DNA of 64,000 bases, taken from Alphaproteobacteria bacterium. GTDB taxonomy: Bacteria; Pseudomonadota; Alphaproteobacteria; UBA828. The stretch is taken from the NCBI GenBank assembly GCA_963422645.2, contig CAXXVO010000009.1, positions 224,001 through 288,000 on the forward strand, given 5' to 3'. The notes beneath the pieces were generated by a model. That model had not been told where the DNA came from. It worked only from the letters and a program-made list of their open reading frames with translations, and searched no databases. The position numbers were made by a program, and so were the translations under genes. The stretch's first letter is position 1, and every line of letters starts with the position of its first letter. Below, piece after piece: positions 9,394-19,367 of the stretch.

Positions 9394-9471
9394 CGCCGTG
9401 CGGATTGGCGAGCGATCGATGGCCCCGCTATGCTGGCCTCACCCATGGGCTTCACCGCTGGAGAAGGTTCG

Positions 9472-10551
9472 ATGCAACTCGGTCTTTTCACCATGCCGTT
9501 GCACCCGCCGGGCGCGAACTTCACCGCGACGCTCAAGGCGGACCTGGATCAGATCATCAAGCTCGACGAGTTGGGTTATTCAGAGGTCTGGATCGGCGAG
9601 CACTTCACGTGCGAGTGGGAGAACATCCCCGCGCCGGACCTGCTCATCGCGCAGGCGCTCCCGTTGACGAAGCAGATCAGGCTCGGCACCGGCGTGAGCT
9701 GCATCCCGAACCACGACCCCTTCGTTCTCGCCCACCGCATCGCTCAGCTGGATCACATGGCGGAAGGCCGCTTCAACTGGGGTGTCGGCATCGGCAGCTT
9801 TCCCGGCGACATGATGGTCTTCGGCTACTGGGGCGAGAACGCGACCATCAACAACGCGAGCTACACGCGGGCCGCGCTCGACACGATCCTCAAGCTCTGG
9901 ACCGACCCCGAGCCCGGCGTCTACGAGAGCGACGGCTTTCGCTTCACTGTCCCCGAGACGATTACCGACTACGGGCTCAGGTTGCACGTCCGCCCCTATC
10001 AGAAGCCGCATCCGCCGATCGGAGTCGCCGGCGTCTCTGCGCGCTCGGGCACGCTGAAGATGGGTGCGGCCAAGGGCTATATGCCGATGTCCATCAACCT
10101 CGTGCCGCCGGTGCTGCTCAAGACCCACTGGGACGCGATCGAGGAGGGCGCACAGGCAGCGGGCCGCGCTCCCGACCCCGGCGCATGGCGCGTCGCCCGC
10201 GAGGTCGTGGTGGCGGAGACCGGCGCCAAGGCCCGAAAGCTGGCGATTGAAGGGGTTCTCGCGCGCGATTTTCGCGACTATTTCTTCCGCCTCCTGCCCA
10301 AGGTCGGCATGCTCCCGTTGCTGAAGAACGATCCGGACATGGCCGACAGCGACGTGACCATCGAGTACATGGTGGACAACGTCTTCATCGTCGGCAGCGT
10401 CGACGAGGTGGCGCAGAAGCTGAACGATCTCAGGGGCGAGATCGGCCCCTTCGGCACCCTGCTCGCCATGGGCCACGACTGGGAGCCCTACGAGGACTGG
10501 TACCAGTCCATGGCTCTGCTCAAGAACGAGGTGCTGCCCAAGGTTTCATAG
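9472..10551 (+). CDS. Luciferase-like flavin-dependent monooxygenase
   Basis: WIGEHF, IRLGTGV, AQLDHMAEGR, PYQKPHPPI. Confidence 0.92.
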   Translation: MQLGLFTMPLHPPGANFTATLKADLDQIIKLDELGYSEVWIGEHFTCEWENIPAPDLLIAQALPLTKQIRLGTGVSCIPNHDPFVLAHRIAQLDHMAEGRFNWGVGIGSFPGDMMVFGYWGENATINNASYTRAALDTILKLWTDPEPGVYESDGFRFTVPETITDYGLRLHVRPYQKPHPPIGVAGVSARSGTLKMGAAKGYMPMSINLVPPVLLKTHWDAIEEGAQAAGRAPDPGAWRVAREVVVAETGAKARKLAIEGVLARDFRDYFFRLLPKVGMLPLLKNDPDMADSDVTIEYMVDNVFIVGSVDEVAQKLNDLRGEIGPFGTLLAMGHDWEPYEDWYQSMALLKNEVLPKVS

Positions 10552-10570
10552 CCGCAGGGCCGGCGCTGCT

Positions 10571-11563
10571 TCAAAGGGGAAGCCGGCTCGCCTCGACGAA
10601 GGGGGCGATGTCCGCTTCCGGGCGGGCGCCGTAGTGGCCGAGAATCTCGCCGGCGGTCAGCGCCGCAAGCCGCCCGCAGCGGGCGAGGTCGAAGCCGCGC
10701 GCCAAGCCTGAGAGGAAGCCCGCGGCGTAGAGGTCGCCCGCCCCGGTGGTATCCACGACCCGGCCGACTGGCGCGGCCTCGATGGTGTGGACCGCACCCC
10801 CGCCCGCAACCACCGAACCCTTGGCGCTGCGGGTGAGCGCGACGACGGCGCAGTCTGCCCGCGCCGCGTCGAGCGCCGCGTCGAAATCCGCGACCTCGTA
10901 GAGCGACATCGCCTCGTCTTCGTTCGCGAACAGGACATCGATGTGGTTCGCCACCAGATCGCGCAGCTCTTCCCGGTGGCGGTCGACGCAGAACGAGTCG
11001 GAGAGCGAGAGGCAGACCCGCCCGCCCGCGGCATGGGCGATTCCGAGCGCCTTGCGAAAGGCGTCCTTGGCTGCCGGCGGGTCCCAGAGGTAGCCCTCCA
11101 TGTAGAGGAGCCGGGCGCGGGCGATGAAGTCAGGGTCGATATCGGCAGGCCCAAGCTCGACGCAGGCGCCGAGATAGGTCGTCATCGTGCGCTGGGCGTC
11201 CGGCGTCACGAAGACGAGGCAGCGCGCGGTCGCGGCACCCTCTGCCGCCGCCGGGGTGGGGAAGCTGACACCCGCGGCCTCGATATCGCGGCGAAACACA
11301 GCACCCGCCGCGTCGTCCCGCACCTTGCCGACGTAACCGGCCGCTCCGCCCAGCCTCGCCACGCCCACCATGGTGTTGGCGGCGGAGCCGCCGCAGACCT
11401 CCACCGCAGCCCCCATGCGCGCGCGGAGCGCATCGGCGCGGGCGCCGTCGATTAGGGTCATCGAGCCCTTCGGCAGGTCCTCCTTGGCGAGCAGCGAGTC
11501 ATCGGCCTCGGCGACGGCATCGACGATGGCGTTGCCGATCCCGACGACATCCAGCGACCCCAT
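10571..11563 (-). CDS. PfkB-family (adenosine-type) kinase
   Basis: GGSAANT and VVDTTGAGDLYAAGF. Confidence 0.93.
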   Translation of the reverse strand: MGSLDVVGIGNAIVDAVAEADDSLLAKEDLPKGSMTLIDGARADALRARMGAAVEVCGGSAANTMVGVARLGGAAGYVGKVRDDAAGAVFRRDIEAAGVSFPTPAAAEGAATARCLVFVTPDAQRTMTTYLGACVELGPADIDPDFIARARLLYMEGYLWDPPAAKDAFRKALGIAHAAGGRVCLSLSDSFCVDRHREELRDLVANHIDVLFANEDEAMSLYEVADFDAALDAARADCAVVALTRSAKGSVVAGGGAVHTIEAAPVGRVVDTTGAGDLYAAGFLSGLARGFDLARCGRLAALTAGEILGHYGARPEADIAPFVEASRLPL

Positions 11564-11723
11564 CCGCGTCTCCTCCTAGGATTGTTGCCGCCGGCGCGGC
11601 GGCGGCGGGACTATAGGGCGCAGGCCACCGGCGGCAAAGCCGGCGCCACAACACGCTCATGCCCGTCGCTTTCTCCGTCTGGCGCCTCCCTGTATCCTCG
11701 CGCGGCTTCAGCGGAGGAGGGCT

Positions 11724-13451
11724 ATGGCGAGTTCGATCGAGGCGCGAAAGACCAGACGCCGGTTGTGGGCTGGCGCGGACCCCGCACAGCGGGGAGACTT
11801 GGCGAACCGCGCCTACACCGGCGGCGATGCGTTGGTCGCGACCCTTCTCGACCACGGCGTGGATACCGCGTTCGGCGTGCCGGGCGAGAGCTACCTCGCC
11901 GTGCTGGAAGCGCTGCGGGCGGCGCAGGATCGGCTCCGCTTCGTCATCACGCGCCACGAATCCGGTGCCACCTTCGCCGCTTGCGCCTACGCCCGTCTCG
12001 CGCGCAAGCCGGGCGTCGCCTTCGTGACCCGCGGGCCCGGCGCCACCAATGCCTCCATCGGTATCCACACCGCGCGCCAGGATTCGGTGCCGCTCGTGGT
12101 CTTCATCGGCCAGGTCCCGTCGGATCAGCGCGGCCGCGAGTCCTTCCAGGAGATCGACTACCACCGCATGCTCGGGCCGATGACCAAGGCGGTGTTCGAG
12201 CCCCACGCGCCGCACGAGGTTGCGGCGGCGGCGGCGGAAGCCCTCGCCATTGCGACGGACGGCAGGCCGGGGCCGGTCGCGGTGGCGCTGCCGGAGGACG
12301 TGACCGAAGGCGAGACCAACGACGCAGCGGTGCCTGAGCCCCGCCCGCGCCGCGCCATTCCGGCCGCGCCCCACGACATCCGCGCCATCGCCGAGCGGAT
12401 CGCGCAGGCCGAGCGACCCGTCGCGGTCGCGGGCGAGATGGTGGGCTTCGAGGGCGCCAACGAGGCGCTCGCCGCCTTCGCCGAGGCCTATGGCGTAGGC
12501 GTGCTCAGCTCCTTCCGCCAGCAGGGGGTGGTGCCGTGCGCGCACCCCGCCTATCTGGGGACGCTCGGCCTCGCGCTCCCGCCTTATCAGGAGGACCTGC
12601 TGGCCGAGGCGGACCTCCTGCTCGCGCTCGGCACCCGGCTCGACCTCGCCACAACGGTCGATGACCGCGTGATCCACGAGGCCCGCTTCGTGGTTCACGT
12701 CTATCCGGACGCGGACGCGCTGGCCGCCGCCGGGGCCGGCCTTCAGGTCTGCAGCGATGTGGTGCCGGTACTGGCCGGCCTCATCGCCGCGGCGCCCGAG
12801 GCGCCGCCTGCCCCCCGCAGCGCCTGGCGGGCGGCGCAGCGCGCGGCGTTCGACGGGTTCCGGCAGGAGTCCGCAGGGCCGGCGCTCGGTTCGGTCGATC
12901 TCGCCTCGGTGGTGCAGACGCTCGCCGAGCAGGTTCCGCAGGACGCCACCATCGTCAACGACGCGGGCAACTTCTCGACCTGGCTGCTGCGCCACTTCCC
13001 CTACGAACATCCGCTGGCCCAGGCAGCGCCGTCGGTGGGCGCGATGGGCTACGGCGTGCCCGGCGCGATCGGCGCCCAGCTCGCGAGGCCCGGCAAGCGA
13101 GTCGTGGCGCTCGCCGGCGACGGCGGCTTCGGCATGACCGGGCAGGAGCTGATTACGGCGGTCGGCAATCGCCTGCCGATCGTCGTGCTGGTGTGCGACA
13201 ACGGCGTCTACGGCACCATCGCCATGCACCAGTACAACCGCTACGGCGCCGATGCGACCTACGGCGTCGCCCTCAGCAGCCCCGACTTCGCGGCCGCCGC
13301 GCGCGCCTGGGGCGCCGATGCCTGGACGGTCGAGACCACCGAGGCCTTCGCGCCTGCCCTGGAGGAGGCGCTGGCGGCGGACGGCCCCGCACTGATCCAC
13401 CTCAAGACCGACATACGCGACCTCGCGGCCTCGGGCGCCAAGATGCAGTGA
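11724..13451 (+). CDS. Thiamine-diphosphate-dependent enzyme (acetolactate synthase-like)
   Basis: FGVPGESYL, RHESGA, RGPGATN, GDGGF...N. Confidence 0.92.
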   Translation: MASSIEARKTRRRLWAGADPAQRGDLANRAYTGGDALVATLLDHGVDTAFGVPGESYLAVLEALRAAQDRLRFVITRHESGATFAACAYARLARKPGVAFVTRGPGATNASIGIHTARQDSVPLVVFIGQVPSDQRGRESFQEIDYHRMLGPMTKAVFEPHAPHEVAAAAAEALAIATDGRPGPVAVALPEDVTEGETNDAAVPEPRPRRAIPAAPHDIRAIAERIAQAERPVAVAGEMVGFEGANEALAAFAEAYGVGVLSSFRQQGVVPCAHPAYLGTLGLALPPYQEDLLAEADLLLALGTRLDLATTVDDRVIHEARFVVHVYPDADALAAAGAGLQVCSDVVPVLAGLIAAAPEAPPAPRSAWRAAQRAAFDGFRQESAGPALGSVDLASVVQTLAEQVPQDATIVNDAGNFSTWLLRHFPYEHPLAQAAPSVGAMGYGVPGAIGAQLARPGKRVVALAGDGGFGMTGQELITAVGNRLPIVVLVCDNGVYGTIAMHQYNRYGADATYGVALSSPDFAAAARAWGADAWTVETTEAFAPALEEALAADGPALIHLKTDIRDLAASGAKMQ

Positions 13452-13453
13452 CC

Positions 13454-14677
13454 ATGGCCGCTGGCCACGACGAGACGGACGACGCGGCGGAGGCCGGCGA
13501 GGAAGGTCCGGCGCCGGAGGAAGCGCCGGTCGAAGCCCATGTTCTAAGCTCCATCTCCCAGGTGGACGCGGCCGCCTGGGATCGCTGCGCCGGCCCCGAC
13601 AACCCCTTTGTCCGACACGCTTTTCTCGCCGTTCTGGAAGAGAGCGGCTCGAGCACGATCGAGACCGGCTGGCACCCCCGGCATATCGTCCTCAAGACCC
13701 CGCAAGGCGCTGTCCTCGGCGCCGTGCCGATGTATCTCAAGAACCATTCCTACGGCGAGTACGTCTTCGACCACGGCTGGGCGGACGCGTTCGCGCGGGC
13801 GGGCGGCCGCTACTACCCCAAGCTCCAGGTCTCGGTCCCCTTCACGCCGGTGACCGGGCCGCGCCTGCTGGCGCCACCGGGGCCGGGCTCGGAAGCGGTG
13901 CGGACGGCACTGCTCTCCACCTGTGTCGGCATCTGCGACCAGATCGGCGTCTCCTCGGTGCATATCACCTTCCCCACCGAGGACGAGTTCGACCTGATGG
14001 GGGACGCCGGGCTCCTGCAACGCACCGGCATCCAGTTCCACTGGCTCAACGAGGGCTACGAGAGCTTCGACGATTTCCTCGCGAGCCTCGCCTCGCGCAA
14101 GCGCAAGCAGATCCGCAAGGAGCGGCAGGCCGTCGCCGACGCCGGCCTCACGATCACGGCCCTGGCAGGGAGCGAGATCGAGGAGCGCCACTGGGATGCC
14201 TTCTTCGACTTTTACCAGGCGACCGGCAGCCGCAAGTGGGGGGTGCCTTACCTCACGCGCGAGTTCTTCAGCCTGCTCGGCGAGCGGATGGCCGACGCGG
14301 TGGTGCTCATAATGGTGGAGCGGGAGGGCCGGCCCATCGCGGGCGCGCTCAACCTGGCGGGCTCGGATGCGCTCTACGGCCGCAACTGGGGCTGTGTCGA
14401 GGAGCACCGCTTCCTGCACTTCGAGGCCTGCTACTACCGCGCCATCGACTACGCCATCGCCCATGGGCTGAAGCGCGTCGAGGCCGGCGCCCAGGGTCCG
14501 CACAAGCTCGCGCGCGGCTACCTGCCGGTGCCCACCTATTCCGCGCACTGGGTCGCCAACGAGAGCCTGCGCGATGCGGTCGCCCACTACCTCGACCACG
14601 AGACCCGGGAGATCGACCGCGAAATTTCCGTGCTGGAGCGGCACGGCCCCTTCCGCCAGAGCGACGACGCGGCGTGA
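13454..14677 (+). CDS. GNAT/FemAB-like protein (DUF482 type)
   Basis: HSYGEYVFDHGWA, YYPKL, LHFEACYY, EAGAQGPHKLARG. Confidence 0.9.
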   Translation: MAAGHDETDDAAEAGEEGPAPEEAPVEAHVLSSISQVDAAAWDRCAGPDNPFVRHAFLAVLEESGSSTIETGWHPRHIVLKTPQGAVLGAVPMYLKNHSYGEYVFDHGWADAFARAGGRYYPKLQVSVPFTPVTGPRLLAPPGPGSEAVRTALLSTCVGICDQIGVSSVHITFPTEDEFDLMGDAGLLQRTGIQFHWLNEGYESFDDFLASLASRKRKQIRKERQAVADAGLTITALAGSEIEERHWDAFFDFYQATGSRKWGVPYLTREFFSLLGERMADAVVLIMVEREGRPIAGALNLAGSDALYGRNWGCVEEHRFLHFEACYYRAIDYAIAHGLKRVEAGAQGPHKLARGYLPVPTYSAHWVANESLRDAVAHYLDHETREIDREISVLERHGPFRQSDDAA

Positions 14678-14768
14678 ACGGGACCCGCACCCGCAGGCCG
14701 CTTGCAGAGCGTGCGACAGCGCCCCAAGATCGCCCCCACACCAACCGCTGCCCCCGAGGAGAGACCGA

Positions 14769-16118
14769 ATGGACGCCTCCAATCTCGACGCGCTGACCCG
14801 CGACGCGCTCGACTACTTCCTGTTCCCGCTCGCGAGCAAAGAAGAGATCCGCACGCAGGGTCCGATGATCTTCACCAGCGCCGAGGGGATGGAGATCACC
14901 GACGCAGGCGGCAAGACCTACCTCGACATGATGAGCTGCCACACCAGGGCAGGCTCCCTCGGCTACGGGCAGGAGCGCATCGCGCGCGCGATCTACGACC
15001 AGCTCGTGTCTCTCCACTACGCCGGCACCATCGCCAATGTCGTGGATGTCACGGTCAATCTCTCGGCCAAGATGGCGGACCTGGCACCGGGCTCGCTCAC
15101 CTCGACGGTGTTCGCCGGCAGCGGTTCGGAAGCCAACGAGATGTCGATCAAGCTCGCCCGGCAGTATCACATCGCCAAGGGCGACAAGCCGCACGCACAT
15201 AAGGTCATCTCACGCTGGAACGCCTATCACGGCGCCACCATGGGCGCGATCGGCTGCACCGACTATCTGGGCACCCGCGCCATCACCGAGCCGGGCGTTC
15301 CCGGCTACAGCCGCGTCCCCGCGCCTAACCTCTACCGCACGCCCTTCGGCATGGACCCCTCCGAGGTCTGCGACTACTGCGTGGACTTCCTGGAGCAGCA
15401 CATCATCCACGAGGGGCCGGAGATGGTCTCCGCCTTCATCGCCGAGCCGGTGATGCAGGGAGATGGCGTGCAGGTGCCGCCCGACGATTACTTCGCGCGC
15501 GTGCGCGAGGTCTGCGACAAGTACGACGTCATGCTGATCGGCGACGAGGTGATCACCGGTTTCGGCCGCTGCGGCTACTGGTTCACGCTGGAGCACTGGG
15601 GTGTCGAGTGCGACATCATGAGCACGGCGAAGGCGATCACCGCCGGCTACTTCCCGCTCGGCGCGTCGACGGTAAGCCGCAAGGTGGCGGACACGCTGCC
15701 GGCCTTCAACCACATCCAGACCTACAACGGCCACCCCGGCGCCTGCGCCGCGGCGATGGCCACCATCGACATCCTGGAAAGCGATAACCTGATCGAACGC
15801 GGGCGGGAGACCGGCGCCTACTTCCTGGACGCGCTGCAGCGGCTCCGCGATCTGCCCATCGTCGGCGACCTGCGCGGGCTCGGCATGTGGACCTGCATCG
15901 ACTTTACCGTCGACAAGGAGACCAAGGCGCCCTTCACCGACGACACGATCAAGGCGATCACCCGGCGCATGGCCGATCTCGGCGTACTCGGCGGCGAGGA
16001 GGGCACGGCCATCGAGTTCGGCCCGGCTCTCGTCGCGAGCCGCGAGGACGTCGACCGCTGCGTCGATGTGGCGGAGCAGGCGATCCGCGAGGTGATGGCG
16101 GACCGGAACCTGGGCTAG
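14769..16118 (+). CDS. Class III PLP aminotransferase
   Basis: GSEANE, AYHGAT, DEVITGFGR, AKAITAG. Confidence 0.93.
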   Translation: MDASNLDALTRDALDYFLFPLASKEEIRTQGPMIFTSAEGMEITDAGGKTYLDMMSCHTRAGSLGYGQERIARAIYDQLVSLHYAGTIANVVDVTVNLSAKMADLAPGSLTSTVFAGSGSEANEMSIKLARQYHIAKGDKPHAHKVISRWNAYHGATMGAIGCTDYLGTRAITEPGVPGYSRVPAPNLYRTPFGMDPSEVCDYCVDFLEQHIIHEGPEMVSAFIAEPVMQGDGVQVPPDDYFARVREVCDKYDVMLIGDEVITGFGRCGYWFTLEHWGVECDIMSTAKAITAGYFPLGASTVSRKVADTLPAFNHIQTYNGHPGACAAAMATIDILESDNLIERGRETGAYFLDALQRLRDLPIVGDLRGLGMWTCIDFTVDKETKAPFTDDTIKAITRRMADLGVLGGEEGTAIEFGPALVASREDVDRCVDVAEQAIREVMADRNLG

Positions 16119-16212
16119 GCGCCAACTGGCACCGCTGGCTTGCCGGGGTCACGGTCCGCGCTGAGGAGAAGACGCCCGCCTCCGCCTGTCGCCCCTTCTC
16201 CGGAGGCCGCCC

Positions 16213-17265
16213 GTGCCGCTTCTGACCACCTGTATCGGCTCCTATCCCAAGCCGCCCTACGTGCCGCGCATGGATTGGATGCACGGGGGTCTCGAGGTCG
16301 GTGAGGTCGAGGGAGAGGCTCTATCGCCGGAGGAGCGGCAGGCCGCGTTCGACCACGCGACAAGGGAGGTCGTCGCCGAGCAGGCCGCCATCGGAATCGA
16401 CATTCCGACGGACGGCGAAGTGCGCCGCGCCAACTACATCCACTACCACTGCAGCCATCTGGAGGGCTTCGAGCCCGACAGGCTGACGCTCTGCACCATG
16501 CGGGGCGGCGCCTGGATTGCCAAGGTTCCCACCTTCACGGGCAGGGTCGCGGCGCGCGCGCCCTTCCTGGTGCGCGACTGGAAGGTCGCGCAGGCGGCGA
16601 CGGAGAAGCCCGTCAAGATCACCGTGCCCGGGCCGCTCACGATCGCGGATTCGACCGCCAATACCTTCTATCCCGACCGCCGGTCCTGGTGCGCGGCGCT
16701 CGCCGACGCGCTTAACGTGGAGATCAGGCGCCTGGCCGACGCGGGCTGCCGCCACATCCAGGTCGACGAGCCCCTCTTCGCGCGCCTGCCGGACCAGGCG
16801 CTCGACTTCGGGATCGAGAACCTGGAGCGCTGCTTTCACGGCATGCCCGGCGGCGTTACCCGCACCATGCACATGTGCTGCGGCTATCCCGACAAGCTGG
16901 ACGAAACCGACTACGTGAAGGCCGACCCGGAGGTCTACCGGCGGCTCGCCGGCGCGGTGGAGGCCAGCATCGTCGACGCGGTCTCCATCGAGGACGCGCA
17001 CCGGCACAACGATCTGTGCCTGCTCGACACCTTCTCCCGCACCACGGTCATCCTGGGCGTGGTCGAGATCGCCTCCAGCCGGGTCGAGACTGTGGACGAG
17101 ATCGCAGCCCGCCTGCGCGCGGCGCTCGACCATATCGATACCGACCGGCTGATCGCCGCGCCCGATTGCGGCCTCATCATGCTGGGCTCCGAACTCTCGA
17201 AAGCCAAGCTCGGCCGCCTCGTCGAGGCCGCGCGCGCAGTCAGTCCAGGATCACGCCGGGGTTGA
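16213..17265 (+). CDS. Cobalamin-independent methionine synthase II family protein
   Basis: TDGEVRR, QVDEP, HMCCG, PDCGL zinc ligands. Confidence 0.9.
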   Translation: MPLLTTCIGSYPKPPYVPRMDWMHGGLEVGEVEGEALSPEERQAAFDHATREVVAEQAAIGIDIPTDGEVRRANYIHYHCSHLEGFEPDRLTLCTMRGGAWIAKVPTFTGRVAARAPFLVRDWKVAQAATEKPVKITVPGPLTIADSTANTFYPDRRSWCAALADALNVEIRRLADAGCRHIQVDEPLFARLPDQALDFGIENLERCFHGMPGGVTRTMHMCCGYPDKLDETDYVKADPEVYRRLAGAVEASIVDAVSIEDAHRHNDLCLLDTFSRTTVILGVVEIASSRVETVDEIAARLRAALDHIDTDRLIAAPDCGLIMLGSELSKAKLGRLVEAARAVSPGSRRG

Positions 17266-18637
17266 GGATGCCCTTGGGGTCGAGGGTGTGCTTGAGCGTG
17301 CGCATCAGCGCGATCTCCTCGGCCGTGCGGGCGAGCGGCAGGTAGGCGCGCTTCATCACGCCGATACCGTGCTCGGCGCTGATGCTGCCCTGGCGCGAGT
17401 GCACGGCGGCGTAGATCGCGTCGGCCAGCGCGGGCTCCATGGCGAGAAAGTCGTCGTCGGCGAGCCCCGGCTCCTGCGCCATGTTGACGTGGACGTTGCC
17501 GTCGCCGAGATGGCCGAAGAGCACCACCCGCACGCCCGCGAACCCCTCGGCCAGCGCTTCCATCTCGCCGAGGAAGGCGGGGATCACGCCGGGCGGCACG
17601 GTCACGTCGAACTTGTGGGTGAGCCCGCGGCGGCTCACCGCCTCGGTCGGCGCCTCGCGCACGCGCCAGATGGCCCGCGCCTGCGCCTCGGAGCCCGCGA
17701 CCACGGCGTCGGCGATCAACCCGGCCTCCAACAGGCTTTCCAGTCCCGTGGCGAAGGCCTCGCCCGCGGCCTCGCCCGACGCGGATTCCTCCTCGATCAC
17801 GACGAGGCTCTCGTGGTCGCCGTCGAGGGGGATGCGGAGGTCCGGATCCGCCGCCCGCACATAGGCCACGGTCTTGCCGTCGATGAACTCCAGCGACGAG
17901 AGGCGGGGGAAGCGCGCCCGCGCCGCCTGGAGCAGGGCGGGCAGGAGGTCGCGGCGGGCGAGCCCGGCGAGCGCGGTCTGAAACGCCTCCGGCGCCGGCT
18001 GCACCTGCAGCACGGCGCGGGTGATGACGCCCAACGTCCCCTCCGAGCCGATGAAGACCTGCTTCAGGTCGAGGCCGGTGTTGTTCTTCTTCAGGATGTT
18101 GAGGCCGCTGACGACCGTGCCGTCGGCCAACACGACCTCGAGCCCCCGCACCTGCTCCCGCATATGGCCGTAGCGCAGCACCTTAACCCCGCCGGCGTTG
18201 GTCGCGATCATGCCCCCGATCTGGCATGACCCGCGCCCGCCGAGGTCCACCGGCATGTCGTAGCCCCGCTCGGCGAGGTAGGTCTGCAGCGTCTCCAGCA
18301 CGACGCCGGCCTGCACCCTGACGGTGGCCGAGGCCTCGTCGAACGCCTCGATCTCGTTCAGCCGCTCGACGCTCAGCACCACCTCGCCTGCGCGGGGCAC
18401 GCCGCCGCCCACCATCCCGGTGTTGCCGGCCTGGGGCACCACCGGCACGTCGAGCTCGGTGCAGGCGGCCAGCACCGCCGAGACCTCCTCGGTCGTGCGC
18501 GGGCGCACCACCAGCGGCGCGTGGCCCGCGTACTTGCCGATCCAGTCCCTGGCGTAGCGGGCCGTGTCGGCGGGGTCGTCGAGATAGAGCGCCGGGTCGC
18601 CGAGCCTCGCCCGCAGCCTCTCGTGAGGTGCCGTCAT
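17240..18637 (-). CDS. FAD-linked D-2-hydroxyacid dehydrogenase family protein
   Basis: GNTGMVGG, GSEGTLG, GHLGDGNVH, SAEHGIG. Confidence 0.92.
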   Translation of the reverse strand: MTAPHERLRARLGDPALYLDDPADTARYARDWIGKYAGHAPLVVRPRTTEEVSAVLAACTELDVPVVPQAGNTGMVGGGVPRAGEVVLSVERLNEIEAFDEASATVRVQAGVVLETLQTYLAERGYDMPVDLGGRGSCQIGGMIATNAGGVKVLRYGHMREQVRGLEVVLADGTVVSGLNILKKNNTGLDLKQVFIGSEGTLGVITRAVLQVQPAPEAFQTALAGLARRDLLPALLQAARARFPRLSSLEFIDGKTVAYVRAADPDLRIPLDGDHESLVVIEEESASGEAAGEAFATGLESLLEAGLIADAVVAGSEAQARAIWRVREAPTEAVSRRGLTHKFDVTVPPGVIPAFLGEMEALAEGFAGVRVVLFGHLGDGNVHVNMAQEPGLADDDFLAMEPALADAIYAAVHSRQGSISAEHGIGVMKRAYLPLARTAEEIALMRTLKHTLDPKGILNPGVILD

Positions 18638-18715
18638 CGTGCACTCCGTTCGGCAGGGGTGCGGTTTTGCGGCACTATGGGGCTGAGGTCAAACGGCGAG
18701 GGCGGAGCGCGGCAT

Positions 18716-19357
18716 ATGAGCGTCAAGGTGTTGTTTCTCGACTACGACGGCGTGATCGCCGACAGCATGGGGGCCAAGGCGGAGGCCCTGGCCGATGCTT
18801 TCGCACCCTATACCCAGGATCGCGCCGGGGTCGCCGACGGCTTCAGGCGCCACGCCGGGAGTGGCCGGGAGCTCATTTTCGACCGCATCTACGAGGACCT
18901 GATCGGGTCGCCGCTCGACGAGGCTTCGCGCCGGCGCATCTTGCGTGTGTTTCTCGCCCGCATCGACGCCATCAACGCGGCCATCCGCCTCTTCCCCGGC
19001 GTCCACGGCTTCATTGAAGGCCAGGCGGCGAAGCGGCTCGTCGCCGTGGTGACAGGCGTGCCGCAGGAGGAGGCCCGGCGGCAGCTCGAGCGCCTGGGCC
19101 TCGCACCCTTCCTCGCCTCGGTTCACGGGGCGACGCGCGAGACGCCGAAGCACATCCACATGGGGCGCTTCCTGGAGGCCCGCGCCATCGCGCCGGCGGA
19201 CTCGCTCTTCGTGGGCGATTCCCACGCCGACATGCGCGAGGCAGAGCTGGCCGGCGTCCCCTTCGTCGGCATCGGCGAGGCGGCGTTCTTCGCCGAGGGC
19301 GCGCCGCTCGCCGTGCTTACCAGCCTGCCCGACCTCGCAGCCGTGCTGGACGAGTAG
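18716..19357 (+). CDS. HAD-family hydrolase
   Basis: DYDGVIADS motif I and VGDS motif. Confidence 0.88.
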   Translation: MSVKVLFLDYDGVIADSMGAKAEALADAFAPYTQDRAGVADGFRRHAGSGRELIFDRIYEDLIGSPLDEASRRRILRVFLARIDAINAAIRLFPGVHGFIEGQAAKRLVAVVTGVPQEEARRQLERLGLAPFLASVHGATRETPKHIHMGRFLEARAIAPADSLFVGDSHADMREAELAGVPFVGIGEAAFFAEGAPLAVLTSLPDLAAVLDE

Positions 19358-19367
19358 AGCCGCGCGC